From Podarcis pityusensis (taxonomy: Eukaryota): a stretch of DNA of 64,000 bases. Position 1 is the first letter of the stretch, and each line of letters opens with the position of its first letter. A program made the translations under genes and the position numbers. The stretch is from the NCBI GenBank assembly GCA_964106645.2, contig OZ067040.1; one strand, written 5' to 3'. A model generated the notes under the pieces. It had not been told where the DNA came from, made no database searches, and saw only the letters and a list, made by a program, of their open reading frames with translations. Below, piece after piece: positions 51,511 through 64,000 of this stretch.

Positions 51511-51594
51511 CTTTACTGCAGCTGAATACTGCTCTGAGTGCTTCTGGCATTCATCTAGCTTGTTTTGTTTCGTCTCTATTTCCGACACTAGCAT
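51511..51594 (-). CDS. DST: DST plakin exon ([28 protein letters not shown])
   Basis: ttacag| and |gtaaaa; 84 nt, phase 0/0. Confidence 0.95.
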
Positions 51595-52065
51595 CTGTAA
51601 AATAAACAAGAGAATTTTAGTATGTAACAGTATCAACCTATGCAACTTTCCCCATCCTAAAGGCTCGTGTTCTACTTGTTTTTAAAACATACTAGACTGA
51701 AAACGTGAAAGTTGTGTTTATGTATAAAAACTTAGCATGAAAGGCTGTTTCCCTGTGGTCCTCTTTATAAATTACCTTTGGCTCTACAAGAAAAATGGAA
51801 GGGGGGGGACGTTGCCCCTCAACCAACATATGCAGAAACACACTAGATTATTAATAATGTAAGATACAGAGGTATATCCAGTACACTGCTTAAAAGGGAA
51901 AATTTCTTATTAGCTGAACTGAAACTGGCTGTCTTTAGGTTAGTTATTAATTCTTTACATCTAAGCCCTAGAACAAAACCTGCATGTTATAAGTGGATAT
52001 TTGTTATCAGCTCACTAAAGAAAGGTGGCGTATAAACAAATTAAATCAATCGATCAAGCATTTAC

Positions 52066-52228
52066 CTTTTGCTGGTTTAGCTGTTTGGCCAGAGCTTTAC
52101 TGTTCTGAGGTGGGTTTTCCTGGAACCTCTGCTGAGTTTCTTCAACTTGCTTAATCCAGTTATCCAGTGCACCATATGTATCCCTGTAGTACTTTAGGGA
52201 TTTATTGATAGCTTCTAAGTCACGCAAC
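52066..52228 (-). CDS. DST: DST plakin exon ([18 protein letters not shown]...QLNQQK)
   Basis: accag| and |gtaaat; 163 nt, phase 2/0. Confidence 0.95.
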
Positions 52229-52309
52229 CTGGTTGAGTAAAAAGCAAGCTGTTTCAGTGAGGAAGAACAAACTAGTAGCAATGACAATAAAGAACTAACC
52301 ATCATCACC

Positions 52310-52495
52310 ACCAGCAACCTTACAATAACCTTGTAAGGGCAAGTCAGTATTATTATTCCCCGCATAATAAAGATCTTTGGGGTGGGTGCTAAGTCTGAAA
52401 CAGAACAGAGATTGCCTAAGGCTACACAGTAAGTTCAGGGCAAAGGTGAAATTAGAAATTCCTGGTTTGTAGCTCAGTGCTAGGCTACACCACTT
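52310..52495 (-). mobile_element. MIR-like SINE (degenerate)
   Basis: MIR-type motifs (cttacaataacc...attattattcccc...ttgcctaaggctacacag) on the plus strand. Confidence 0.5.
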
Positions 52496-53212
52496 CATAA
52501 ACAGCTGGCTGTCAGAAGGCATCATTCGGCTAGAAGTCCTTTTCTCAGAGTTTCTCCTGCAAACCTTCAGAATGAAAGGCTTTGCCAATTTCATAAAAAA
52601 GGAACTCTCTGAATTCTTTTTAATTTCCATGCCTTTTTTGAGGAGCTCACAGTTATCAAGAAATGTAATAGTTCTGAGGAATACATGCCAAAGAACACAC
52701 ATTCCTGGGTTCATAAAGCTCCAGGCAACCTTCTATCTCTCTATCAAACATCCCTTCATCTTTATAGGAAGCCAGATGTCTCTCCCTGTGTTCCTTATTT
52801 CAAAGGGCTTTGTCTCTCTCTGTCTCTATCTACAAGTTCCTCATTTCAAATGCCAGGCATTGAAAAATAAGTGAATCCCCTACCACGATAACCTCCAGAT
52901 TCAGACAAGGATCCTTACATGTACCAGTGTATTTTAGACATAAAAAGCTACTCAGGGTGACCACTAGAGGGAAGTTATGTAGAGTTCAGCAGAAGCTTAA
53001 AAAACAAAAGGAAAAACGGAGCAGTCACGTTTCATGTCCTGCAACAGTATTCCTCAGTTGCAAAACTTCAGGATTAGAATGTGGAGAAAAGACTCACTTT
53101 AGAATAAATTCCCAGTTCTTCATATGCTGAATAAATCCATGGTTGTTAGGGAAAAACAGGTACCTAGTCTATTACAAAAGTCTTTATAGAAAAGGGCCTT
53201 GCAATCTACAGG

Positions 53213-53250
53213 AATAATAATAATAATAATAGTAATAATAATAATAATAA
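53213..53250. repeat. (AAT)n microsatellite
   Basis: Direct read, one interruption. Confidence 0.9.
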
Positions 53251-53821
53251 ACTTTTTTTCCTGCAGTTTTCAAGCTTGAGGCAGAAAGAGAAGAAGGAAA
53301 GCGAAACATTATGTGGTAATTACGATAACTGCAATCCTAAAAACTGACCTGTGGTGCTGGAGGGGGTTAAGATTGAAGGGATTCCCCTGTCCACTGTTGT
53401 CTACCACTTGGGACACCCCCACAGAAAGCTGAAACTATGGAAACTGAGGCAGTGGAAATACTGTTGCCATCAGTGTTCCCAACAGCAGTACCCAGTGTAA
53501 GACACTGAAACAGAGCATTTTGAGAGCTGGGGCCATGGACCTGCTCAGTCCTACCTCAGTCCATTTCCCCAGCCTGGGCCAGCCTGATACTGGTGCAACA
53601 GGAAGAATAAAAAAACCCCACATGCTCCTTCACCAACCTTCTGGCTTGGCCTGGGCTGGCTGAGGCTGTGGGGTAGTAGAACCCACATCTCCATACCTCT
53701 CTATGGCCCCTCTTGTTCTGTGAGTAGCAATTAGTAAATAATTTGGGCAATAGTTAAAATGGCTAAGTTTTATACAGCTGAAGAAAAATTATACTGATAA
53801 CTAGCCAGGGTTTTATTTTTA

Positions 53822-53824
<3 letters not shown>

Positions 53825-53872
<48 letters not shown>
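53825..53872. repeat. (AT)n microsatellite
   Basis: Direct read. Confidence 0.95.
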
Positions 53873-53874
<2 letters not shown>

Positions 53875-55139
53875 CAGGAGGATGAACATTTGTAGGGAAC
53901 AGTCTGTTTACAGTTACAAGTGGCAGTCGACACAAAATCTGTTACCTCTTGCGCTCAGAGTGCCTAAGTGTTGATGGTGAACTGCCAGCACAGTCAATTA
54001 AGCTGTCCCAGATAGGCAGCATTTGCTTCATGTTTATCTCACAAGCACGCAGGAGCATTTTCATTTGCCATAAATAAGGGTACCTTAAACTGTCAGGACA
54101 GAAGACTACCCACACAGTGCTTCTAAGACAGGCATGCTTTCCTGAAGATAGCAAGGATTGAACCAAGGGAATCACAGATGTGCAGTATGTATCTTGCAGA
54201 AGCCACAGTGTGGAAGTTGCTTCCCTGTGGCTTCTTTCCACATCGCAGCAGTAACATGTGCCTGGTAGGACCACTGAGGGGTCCGCACGGAGATGACAGC
54301 CATGGGCCTAGTTGGCCCTGCAGCCTCTTGCCCACCAGGCAAAGCTCTCCATCTCCTTCGCTCTTAGAGAAAGGCAGGGAGGTGGAGGCAAAGAATCCCA
54401 GTGCCAATACTAAAGACGCAGCAAAAGAAAGAAAGAAAATCAAGCGGGGGGTGGGGGAGAGACTGTTGCTACTAACAGCAGCTGCAAAACAACAAAAAGT
54501 AAGCCTTAGGAGGAGATGCAGAGAAATGTGTTTACTGAGGGGGTTTTTCATATGCAATGTGTAAGTTTACTGGCAATGCACTGGTAGCAGTTGGGTGGAT
54601 TTGTACAATGGTGGAATTCAGTGTAAAACAGGAACACTTCCACATGCTTGGTGAATCAGCAGCTGGTTTCTCCACATATTAAATGGCGACTCTCCACAGG
54701 GAGACTGAAGAGGAGCCACGGCCACTACTGGGCCAGGCAGGGGGTAGGTGAAGGCAACAAGGAGCCCAAACAGTAAGATTTGTCCGGCTCCACACACTTC
54801 CCTAGGGACGGCCTTGCATGTGCATGAAGGAACCATATTCACTGCTCAGTGTTCCTTCATATATATGTTATAGGAGCTGTTTTGGAAGAAGTCTCAAGAA
54901 AGCAGCACCCGCCCTCCTGTCAAAATGACCAAACCAGAGAAGTTTTATCTTCTTCATTTCTTTCTCTCCTCATTTATTCTGTACATGATGGTTGAGACCT
55001 CCTGAAGGAAATTACCTGAAAACACCTAAAATTAACATTTAGACACTCTGCCAAAACTCCAAGACCAGCATAAGGTAACCCCACACGCACCAAAAGAAAG
55101 ATTTCACTCTGAAATTTCTGAAAAGAAAGGAGTACTAAC

Positions 55140-55333
55140 CTGTTCTCAATCTGAGAATGAACATTCTGCCATCTCTCAGTCAGCTGATCTGCTTTCTCTT
55201 TGTGCCAGTCGAAGTCGAGATCACGTTCCTTGTGAGTTTTAAACATCTGATCACTAATTGCTTTAGCTTTCTGGAGTTCGTCTTCTAGAGCATGGAATAC
55301 TTCTCTTTTTACATCAACCTCTGATCTCCATTG
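55140..55333 (-). CDS. DST: DST plakin exon ([24 protein letters not shown]...QIENR)
   Basis: accag| and |gttagt; 194 nt, phase 0/2. Confidence 0.95.
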
Positions 55334-55771
55334 CTGGTACACAAAACATGTGACATCTCAATACAGATTATAATGCTGCTGTTTCAAATCAATATGCATC
55401 ATTACTAACTAATGCATCATATTACTAACTAGTCATAGGATATCCATGTGGGAAACAAACAAAGCACCCAAATTTTCAGTGAAATGCTATAAAAAATGGT
55501 TTTGTATTTGCACCATTACTGCTTCTGTAACTATAACGAAGAGGAATACTTTGCTAATTATAAGCATACCTAAGTTTATCTCTCAAGGGGCTAATCTTCC
55601 CTGGTCTTCCACTTCTCAGCAGCTAAGGAAAATTAGCTGCATAAGAAGGAAGGGAAAAGCCTGCATTCTTTCCTGGTATACTTTGGCTGTGTTTTTCTTT
55701 TCTGAAGAACCATATGGGAAGGAAAGGGACCAGTGACTGCTTCAGGATCCTCCATCTTTTGTTGCCTATAA

Positions 55772-55900
55772 CAGGGATAGAGAACCTCCAAATGTTGTTG
55801 GACTACAACACCCATCATCCCTGACCATTGGCCATGCCGGCTGAGGCTGATGAGAGTTAGATCCAGCAACATCTGGAGGAGGACAGGTTCCTAATCCCTG
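55772..55900. mobile_element. Short palindromic hAT-like MITE
   Basis: CAGGGATAGAGAACC...GGTTCCTAATCCCTG; the flanks gcctataa/ccctatag look like a decayed 8-bp TSD (6/8). Weaker copies lie near 23113-23240 and 35140-35290. Confidence 0.65.
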
Positions 55901-56104
55901 CCCTATAGGGATGGGAGGGAAACCTCAGGATTCTAAACTTCTGGTCTTCTTTCCACAAGATGGTGTAATATGAAGCTCAGTTCTTAGCTAAGTGTTACTG
56001 GGAAATGACATAATAATCAGCATTCATTCCTAATTCTCAATATTTGACCAGTCAACTGGCCACATCTCAATGCCACTCAGGTTACTTCATTTCCATTCTT
56101 CTAA

Positions 56105-56420
56105 AGGCCAAACAGAAGGCAGGCAATTCAAGACAGATAAAATAAAGTACTTCTTCTTTCCACAGTACCTTGTTAAACTATGGAATTTGCTCCCACAGGA
56201 AGCAATGAGGGCCACCAACTTGGATAGCTATAAAGGAAGTTTAGACAAATTCATGGATAGGGCTATTGATGGCTATGCTCTGTCTCCAAGGTCTGAGACA
56301 GTAACGCTTCTGAATAGCAGTTTCTGAAAACCACAGGCAAGAGTGTGCTCTTGTGCTCAGTTCTGTTGCAAGTTTCCCACAGGCATCTGGCTGGCTATTG
56401 AGAGAAGAGGATGCTGCTGT
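56105..56420 (+). mobile_element. CR1-clade LINE 3' fragment
   Basis: Translation FKTDKIKYFF..QYLVKLWNLLPQEAMRATNLDSYKGSLDKFM is typical of a CR1 ORF2 end. Confidence 0.75.
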
Positions 56421-56524
56421 TCTTACGTTCTTATGACAGTATATATCAGTCTCCTTTACTTCTTTATATTACTTAAAAGCACACCTATTTCTCATTATTA
56501 TTTTTCTGTACATCATAAGAATAC

Positions 56525-56663
56525 CTTCAACGTAGCCATAAGGTTCTCAATATTGCTCTTGTCGGCAGTTAATGGTTCTTCCTCACATAGTTTAGTCTCA
56601 TAGAGTTTTACCAGTGCTTCAGCTCCTTGAGTGTTTTTCAGCACCAAATTTATAGTTTTTAAC
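56525..56663 (-). CDS. DST: DST plakin exon ([29 protein letters not shown]...)
   Basis: tttcag| and |gtattc; 139 nt, phase 2/0. Confidence 0.95.
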
Positions 56664-57001
56664 CTGAAACAAAAGGGATCACTTGTCATTCATAATTTCC
56701 AAATAGTTCTAAAGTTTTAAAACTTGTTTTAGTATATGATGACTATACAACTAAGATCATTCTTCTATTTGTTTGTTTGTTTGTTTGCTTGCTTACATTT
56801 ATTTCTGGCCTTTAAGCTTTATAAATACTTTCAAGGTGGCCATATGAAATTCTGTATCTATTATTCAATTCAACAAAATATTCAAAACTGTGAATATACT
56901 CAGCTTCCCCTCCAAGCACACGCTACATCATCCTATCAAATGATGATGATGATGAAAAAGTGTTAACAAAATGTGAATGAATGACTTGATGGCTTACTTA
57001 C

Positions 57002-57180
57002 TTTTCTATGTAAATGGAAGACATGGAGTAAACCTGATTCATATTTTGAATTACTAGGTTAAGCTCCGACCGCAGAGTAGGAACTGAGGGCGAACCAGCA
57101 GCTTGACTGAAAAAATCATCACATTTGTCTGTGATTGTTTCCAAGTCCTCCTTGAGTCGATCCAGATCCTTCTTCAGTTT
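57002..57180 (-). CDS. DST: DST plakin exon ([13 protein letters not shown]...[11 protein letters not shown])
   Basis: ctgtag| and |gtaagt; 179 nt, phase 0/2. Confidence 0.95.
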
Positions 57181-57628
57181 CTACAGAACCAAAGTTGAAA
57201 TGTTTTTCCCCCATAGCAAGGAGCAGTTCTCAAACAATCATAATAAGCATCCTTAGGTCAAGAGACACTAATACTATAGAAGATAATATGAGCAAAGGGT
57301 TATAGGACCCTTTGGAGCAGCATGAGAGGCTACAGGGGAAAGAGGAAATCACAAAAAAACTGCCCTGCCTTTGTACCCCTGTGGGGAACCTCCACTGAAT
57401 CTCAGTTCCTTCTGAAATTGAAATGAGCCCTTCCATTTTTCTAAAATACTTTTTATTGGGGTTTTTGTGTTACAAAGCAAACAGATAAACAGTGAACGGT
57501 ACATCTATTGTCTCCACTTTCAATTCTTTGTCTTTTTCACAGTTTGTTTACGTTTGGTGAGAGACATTTTTGTCATAAATATCTTGCAGTTGGGGGAAAG
57601 GGAAGGTGAGAAGAGAGATGGGGATATA

Positions 57629-57888
57629 CCGTATTCTTCGCTCTATAAGACGCACCAGACCATAAGACGCACCTAGTTTTTGGAGGAGGAAAACAAGAAA
57701 AAAATATATTCTGAATCTCAGAAGCCAGAACAACAAGAGGGATCGCTGTGCAGTGAAAGCAGCGATTCCTCTTGCTGTTCTGGCTTCTGGGATAGCTGCG
57801 CAGCCTGCATTCGCTCCATAAAACACACACACATTTTCCCTTACTTTTTAGGAGGGGAAAAGTGAGTCTTATAGAGCAAAAGATACGG
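57629..57888. mobile_element. Tc1/mariner-pogo MITE with an internal hairpin
   Basis: TIR CCGTATTCTTCGCTCTATAAGAC...GTCTTATAGAGCAAAAGATACGG flanked by TA. Confidence 0.85.
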
Positions 57889-58365
57889 TAATTCTTTCGT
57901 TCTATTGCCTACTCTTAGTGTAGGCTGGTTGTGTCCTTCCATTGTTTGTTTGCCCTTCCATTTGTTTAGGACTAGCTATGCTTCAAGCCAGTCAAAGCAA
58001 AACTAGTTAAATCAAGCTAGAACTCAAAAGTTGTAACCACTGCCACACAAAACCCAAAAGACTTCTTTGATAAGATCCTTGCTCACTTTTATATTCAAAG
58101 AACCAGTAAAGCTCACCTGCTCGGTCTAGGAATTCCAAAATGAAGGCATTTGTAAACAGACTGCCCCAAAACCAACTGGTGGCTCAAATGTTTACTTCAC
58201 TTTAATTAGCTCTACAAGTGCACATTACTTGTTTTAATTTGTAGATGCAACCATGCAGGTAATTGTAGCAGTCCCTTCTGAATAAGCTCTTTATGAGCTC
58301 ATCATTACACGACTGTTACATTTCATGAGCTTTGGAGTGCCCACAGAGAAGCTCAGAAAACTCAC

Positions 58366-58523
58366 CTCTTGTTCAGAGATCCGAAATACACTTTCATGTA
58401 AGTCATCTCTCTCCAGTGGGGTTCGAATCTGCCTAATCAAACGATCTTCACAATTCTCCAAACGAAGTCTCATGTTTCGAACTTCTGAGATGTATAGGTT
58501 GTAAATGGATTCTTCATGCTCCT
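58366..58523 (-). CDS. DST: DST plakin exon ([28 protein letters not shown]...)
   Basis: caacag| and |gtgagt; 158 nt, phase 1/0. Confidence 0.95.
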
Positions 58524-60376
58524 CTGTTGGAAGGAAATGGAAGAATGCAAGTAAAACCAAGTATATTTAATGTTCTTCTGCCACCACACAACAGATATTC
58601 TAAAGTCACAGTGCTATAACCTTGTCTGCAGTGTCTCTGCTTCATCTAAAGGAAATGTGCAATTAACATTAATGGAAAGTGGCCAAGAGGAGAAAGGGAT
58701 GTGCTAACAATGTAGGGAGAAGAGGAAGAATGTCTTTAAATTCTTGTTTCCATGGTTCTCCATCTCTCTTTTTTTAAAGCTAATATGTTTGCTACAACTA
58801 TTAAAATATACAGAAACTGAAACTTACACTCCACTTATACTGAGACCTGCAGGTGTAAGGCAGTATATAAATTCAATAAATAAATAATATAAAAACCACC
58901 TTTCCATAAAATAATATACATTTTAAACAGGCAGAATATTGCCCACTGTGGAGTTTCACCATTCAAATTGGTCAAAAGCCAGTAAAGAATGTTCTTTACC
59001 ACAAAAAAAGATCTATTTTAGTAACAAGTTTGAATGCCTTTGAGAATTTTCAGATTGCTGTTAATTTAGACCCACAATTTCCCCAGCCAATCATATTTCA
59101 AAGGTACCTCTGTACATTTGCAATAACAAGCATAAAGAAATCTAGCAAACCCCCCCCCCCCCCCATTTCAAACAGATTTTCTCCCGAAGGGGAAATGTGG
59201 AAGTTCACAAATTGGGGTCACCTTGAGCATCTTCTCAAGTGGAGAAATGTAAACATCATAACAGCAGGACACAAAATCAACTTATTGCTTGCCATATATC
59301 ATCATCATCATGTCTAAATATGGGCATCCCCCAAAAAACTAATATGCACATCACTTTAGTCATAGGTATTATCATCCCATTTGTGTATGCACAGTGATTA
59401 ATTGGATTGTTTATGGTTCGTCCAGAGATGATTTCATAATAAGATGGTATTAAATCTATAGAAATGAGTCCCTTATCATTTTCTCCAGATACACAGTCGA
59501 GCACAGTATATCTCTGCTCCGTACTTATATATTTACTTTAATCAGCTTTCATCTGTTACTGCATTCCTTTCTGTATCAGCATCAGCCTGAATGCATAATA
59601 TAATATATCTATTCAGCTTTATGAAAGCATATAAGGCTCAGTGATATCATATATTTTCAGAATGTAGATGGAATATTTACAACAGCAAGGAAGAACTTCA
59701 AAGACTTTTTTTAAAGCAGATACTATTACTGTTTTTCCAAAGGATATAGGGTCCATTTATGACATACTTGCAGATTTATTTATTTTTTAAGGACAGTAAG
59801 TAAACAAATGTAAGTGATGTAGTATGATACTCCTGGTATTTTATTTTGACAGGAAAAATATGTTCCTTGTACATTTGTGTGTAACAGTAACAGATGTTCT
59901 TCCTCTTATTGTGCAACCTGCCAAAATAATTGTTCTATTTACCCACACAAATTATTACCAGCTCATTTTAGGAACCCAATTGAGATCTCAGATTGTGTGC
60001 CAGTAAAATGCATATTACATTTTCAGCAAATATGCAGGGGCACAAGTTCTTTTATCTGCAATATAACATTTCAATATTTGAATCAGTTCTCTGTGTTATG
60101 AACAACAAAACAAACAGAAGGGGAATCATGGGGAGATCAGCTCTTCTTTTTCCTTCCCGTTTCATAAGTGATTTTCTCAGGAGCATCTGTGTTAATGACA
60201 GCTCACTGATTTCAAACAGACACAAAACAAGTATAGAGAGTTACAGTCAACTGACCTATACCATGTGGGATGCGGGACACAGAATATCACACTTCCTCTT
60301 CTGCTATTTGAAAAGCAACATCTTAATGTCTGAACTGGCTCTGAGTGCTCACTGTTAGACCTATGTAATTGCTTAT

Positions 60377-60719
60377 GTGCTGTGGGTTAAACCACAGAGC
60401 CTAGGACTTGCTGATCAGAAGGTCAGCGGTTCGAATCCCCGAGACGGGGTGAGCTTCCGTTGCTCGGTCCCAGCTCCTGCCAACCTAGCAGTTCAAAAGC
60501 ACGTCAAAGTGCAAGTAGATAAATAGGTACTGCTCCGGCGGGAAGGTAAACGGCATTTCCGTGTGCTGCTCTGGTTCGCCAGAAGCGGCTTAGTCATGCT
60601 GGCCACATGACCCGGAAGCTGTACACCGGCTCCCTCGGCCAATAAAGCGAGATGAGCGCCGCAACCCCAGAGTCGGTCACGGCTGGACCTAATGGTCAGG
60701 GATCCCTTTACCTTTTTAC
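60377..60719 (+). mobile_element. Sauria SINE, near full length
   Basis: tRNA-like head (ggttcgaatcc B-box), Sauria core and TTTACCTTT tail; CpG-rich, so probably young. Confidence 0.92.
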
Positions 60720-61038
60720 TACATATGCATGCCAAAAGCATACATGCCAAAGTGTGTGTGTCTGTTTTGACAACACTGCAGCAGCAACTGTAGAAAAAAT
60801 AACAAATACTCATGCAAGCGGCTCATTTTTTCCATTTGACACTGTAAAAAAGAATGGGCCTTTGGACTTTCCCAACTCACGTCTTCCACTGGTATCTATT
60901 TCCCTCTCTGCTTCTGAAATGAGCACCGCTGTGAAAGAGCCACAGCAGTATAGTTCACATATGTAACATTGAAAGGGTATTCAATACCATAAGCATCTTG
61001 TATGGGAGACTTCTGCACAGTTGATGTGCTATATTTAC

Positions 61039-61222
61039 CTCTCTCTGCAGACTTAAGGAGCTCTTGGTAGTACTGCTTGCACACATTCACCTCCCTTTCC
61101 AGCTGAGCAATGTCAGCAACCGAAAAGGCTTTGGACTCCTGGCTGTCTTCAAGGAAGTCATCAAAGCGGGACTGCAAGTTGCTTAAAACCTGCTGGTGTT
61201 CACCTGGCAAGAGTGTCTTTAT
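61039..61222 (-). CDS. DST: DST plakin exon ([30 protein letters not shown]...)
   Basis: cctag| and |gtaaat; 184 nt, phase 0/1. Confidence 0.95.
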
Positions 61223-61872
61223 CTAGGAAATAATCAGGAGGGGTAATTAAAGTCTTTCTAATGTTGGGCGCCATTTTATAAACCACATACTGTTTTGTCA
61301 GTTTCTTAAGGCAGTATTTTAATGTTACAAAAAGGTAATACACATGTTGCTTTGTGAGGGCAGCACATCGGAAGATGCCTGTAGAGGAATTGCTCTTTAG
61401 TAACCAGAAGAAAAGTCAATTGCGATGACTCATTTCAATGAAATGCATACAGCAACTTTCAAATACATACAAGTTTAAAACCCATATAAATGTCCTGGAC
61501 ACTCCAATGAGACCGGACAACATGCGCTGGGTGTTTACAGACATTGACAGATGCACATTTTAAGTGCTTAGTATAAGAAACACCAATACAACACTGACAT
61601 ACCTTCAGCAATGATGCCCACTATGGAAAACATGGAGCTTCCCACAATCTTAGCTTATCATGCTATAAAGGAAGGTTGTAGCTTCTGGATGCAACCAGCA
61701 AACTGTTCTTGCACAGATATAACACAGGAATACGGCACGTTACAGAACCAAATATTCAGGAACTGTGTGTGGCTACACTCAGCTTTAGCCACTATAGATA
61801 ACTGCTTCCGAATCATGGACTATTAGGCTAGGTATATTTTGTTATGAGTGCTGGAACAGGCACAGAACTTAC

Positions 61873-61999
61873 CGAAGCAACATTACTGGCTCGAACAGTT
61901 TCAATTTCATTTGTCAAATAGTGCCAGGAGACCACACTCTTCATGTTTACATGTGATTCATGCCACAGGGCCAGGACATTCTGATATTGCTGTTCAATT
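61873..61999 (-). CDS. DST: DST plakin exon ([28 protein letters not shown]...)
   Basis: tttcag| and |gtaagt; 127 nt, phase 2/0. Confidence 0.96.
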
Positions 62000-62175
62000 C
62001 TGAAATGCACAAGGGGGGGGTGGAAACGACCGAGTCTAAATTAATGATTTGTCAAGTGGCAGTCGAAAGGGTACATGTTATAAATTTCCTGTAAGCTGTG
62101 CACAGAAAAGCTTCTAGAAGGCAAATAAGATCAATAAGGATTTCCATGTTGTGTGCATGCTATGCCAGCACTTAC

Positions 62176-62330
62176 CTGTTTGCAGTGTCTATTGCTTCTT
62201 TGTTGGGTGGAGGAACAGTAAAACAGACGGAGGGAACCATGGCCTCATTACCGCTTGGACTAATCACTTTCCATTTTGCCCGATGGGAGTTGCTTGCCAG
62301 TACACATTCATCATCTCTGTAAATGGTTAT
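62176..62330 (-). CDS. DST: DST SH3 exon ([37 protein letters not shown]...)
   Basis: ccag| and |gtaagt; 155 nt, phase 0/2; plakin SH3 signature. Confidence 0.96.
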
Positions 62331-62598
62331 CTGGTTTTCAAAAGAAAGATCAGAAAATCTGAATGAGCGTAATATGCTTATATTGTTCTTACAGCACACT
62401 CCCTTGAACATGTGCCACTAGGAAAGGGGCAGGGGAGCAAAATTGGGGGCTGGGGGGTGGGCAGGACCCAACAACTTAAGCCCCAATTGGGAAGGCAGGG
62501 ACTTGTTTTGTTTGATGTGGAAGAGAATTCAAAGAAAATGCCATTAACTGTCTTCATTAACTGCCCATAATTGATCTGAAGAAATCTAAGGTTCCAAC

Positions 62599-62751
62599 CT
62601 CAATTTGTCTATAGTCACAGATGGCTTTGATTGGGATGGATGTTTTCAGTGGATTATCTGGATTCCTCGGCTTCAGCTGAACTATTGTCTTTGCTCTCCC
62701 CACAAGGCCAGCCACTGTGTTCTTGTACTGCAGGAGCTGTTCTTTCTCTTC
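62599..62751 (-). CDS. DST: DST plakin exon, start of SH3 ([10 protein letters not shown]...[13 protein letters not shown])
   Basis: ttttag| and |gttgga; 153 nt, phase 0/0. Confidence 0.95.
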
Positions 62752-63653
62752 CTAAAAGCCAATTTATAAAGAAAACAAGAGGAGGGGAAACATTAGAAGC
62801 AGCTGCAAATTAAATGTGTTCTTCTTTGAAACTTAAAATATATTTTCTGCTGTTTGTGATATCTTACAAAGCATTGCTCACATAAACCAGAATGGTATCT
62901 ATGGTGCTATTAGTACTCACTAACCACCACTGTTTATTAGGTCAACAGCCCTAGACAGCGATGGTCCATTTGTGTAATTCACCATGAAATAGTTGGGGGC
63001 AGCCATGTATGTCCCATTTTCAATAGTAAGGGCTATGAGGGGCAGAGCTTAATTCCTGTGCACTGCTTACCAACCACATTGAGAAGCAGTGGTAAAAATT
63101 CATGTCCATGACCTAAGATTCTGTTTGTGAAGAGGATTACGTTTTTATTTTATGTAACTTCATGCTTTGCAAGCTGAAGATGTTCCCTGGCTGTTAGCCA
63201 GTGGCTAATAATAAAATAATAAAAAGAACAGCATAGTTTCTATATCTGGGCATGTCCTAATCAGTTTACTGGCTTGTGGCCACTGTGCAATCTGTTGACA
63301 CTAAAAGCCAGTCTATAGGTTGTCCAAAAGCCCCAAAACAGTCAAGAGCTGCAATTACTGCTCTTCTTCAGTGGTGGAAACAGAAAGGTACAGAATACTG
63401 CCAAAAATGGTCATCAGGAATTATGAGAAACATCTCATCCATATATTTCACTGACATTGTTTAAGATAATGAGCTTCTTGAATTATTATTTTTGAAGCCA
63501 GAATTGTGGAAATAATGGTGATAAGATTAGTTCCCTTTAAGAAAGAACACTTTGTGATGAGACTTCCTTTACTTTTGGGTTAACTGTCTACCTTTAGTAC
63601 TCTGCTAGCAGAGCACAAATGGCTTTAGCTGAGTATGTATGGATGATACCTAC

Positions 63654-63779
63654 CATCGACTCTTGGATCAGATCTTCCAGTTTATGAATACTGCTGGACC
63701 TATCACAGCTGTATTTTCGATGAACAGCATCTCTTAAATTCTTCAAGTAATCTATGGCCTCTTTGGCGTCGTTGAAAAA
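63654..63779 (-). CDS. DST: DST plakin-domain exon ([42 protein letters not shown])
   Basis: Bounded by ctag| and |gtaggt; 126 nt, phase 0/0; not in the ORF track; near-identical to recalled human DST. Confidence 0.95.
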
Positions 63780-64000
63780 CTAGAATGAAAAAAACCCTTT
63801 TGATTTAAAAAACACACCATTGCAAGCTCTGTCCTCAAGCGAGTAGTCAGTACAGCAGTCTGAAGCCCAGGCTGATAATCCAAGAGTGTGGTATACTTTC
63901 TTATTAGATGAAGGAGACATAAGTTTCTAAAATCAATTAGAAAACTAAATGAGCCCGTTCACCCCAGGGTACTCCAGGACCAAAGGGGATAAAACCACCA

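Larger units (their letters stand above)
1..64000 (-). other. DST: Dystonin (BPAG1) gene body, partial; continues beyond both window ends
   Basis: 33 minus-strand exons join in frame with matching phases. Translations match recalled mammalian dystonin (plakin/SH3, BPAG1e rod and plectin repeats, BPAG1b plectin-repeat giant exon, spectrin repeats). Confidence 0.97.

Noticed and set aside
1-64000. A prokaryotic-style novel system (operon, CRISPR, retron) or a nested independent gene
   Set aside because: The sequence is vertebrate exon-intron DNA; all long ORFs are explained by DST or LINE remnants, and no intronic snoRNA or second gene could be supported by eye.

Overview
Eukaryotic genomic DNA from a squamate reptile. 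Sauria-SINE copies and the MITE families suggest a lacertid-type lizard (inference). The whole 64 kb lies inside one minus-strand gene, dystonin (DST/BPAG1). I mapped 33 coding exons by hand, with phase-consistent splice sites. They are: 13 plakin-domain exons including the SH3 (63779 to 48447); the two BPAG1e-specific exons (a 2688-nt coiled-coil rod, and a terminal plectin-repeat exon with its stop at 40251); three a/b exons; five BPAG1b-type exons including a 5682-nt giant exon; and ten spectrin-repeat rod exons (21357 to 4454). The gene runs off both window ends. Introns contain CR1 and L2 LINE fragments, Sauria and other tRNA-derived SINEs, TA-flanked Tc1/mariner-pogo MITEs, hAT-like MITEs, a solo LTR and microsatellites. 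I found no novel multi-gene system, prokaryotic element or CRISPR array. The most interesting signals are in isoform control: a candidate 12-nt microexon or recursive splice site before the giant exon; a decayed or alternative-terminal exon of about 1.3 kb before the BPAG1e rod; a degenerate 12-aa (36-nt) tandem repeat inside the giant exon; a GC-AG intron; poly(A) signals next to a 3' splice site; a SINE apparently inserted into a branch point; and inverted MITEs flanking an in-frame 975-nt exon block. Homology statements come from recalled knowledge of mammalian DST and repeat families, not from database searches.
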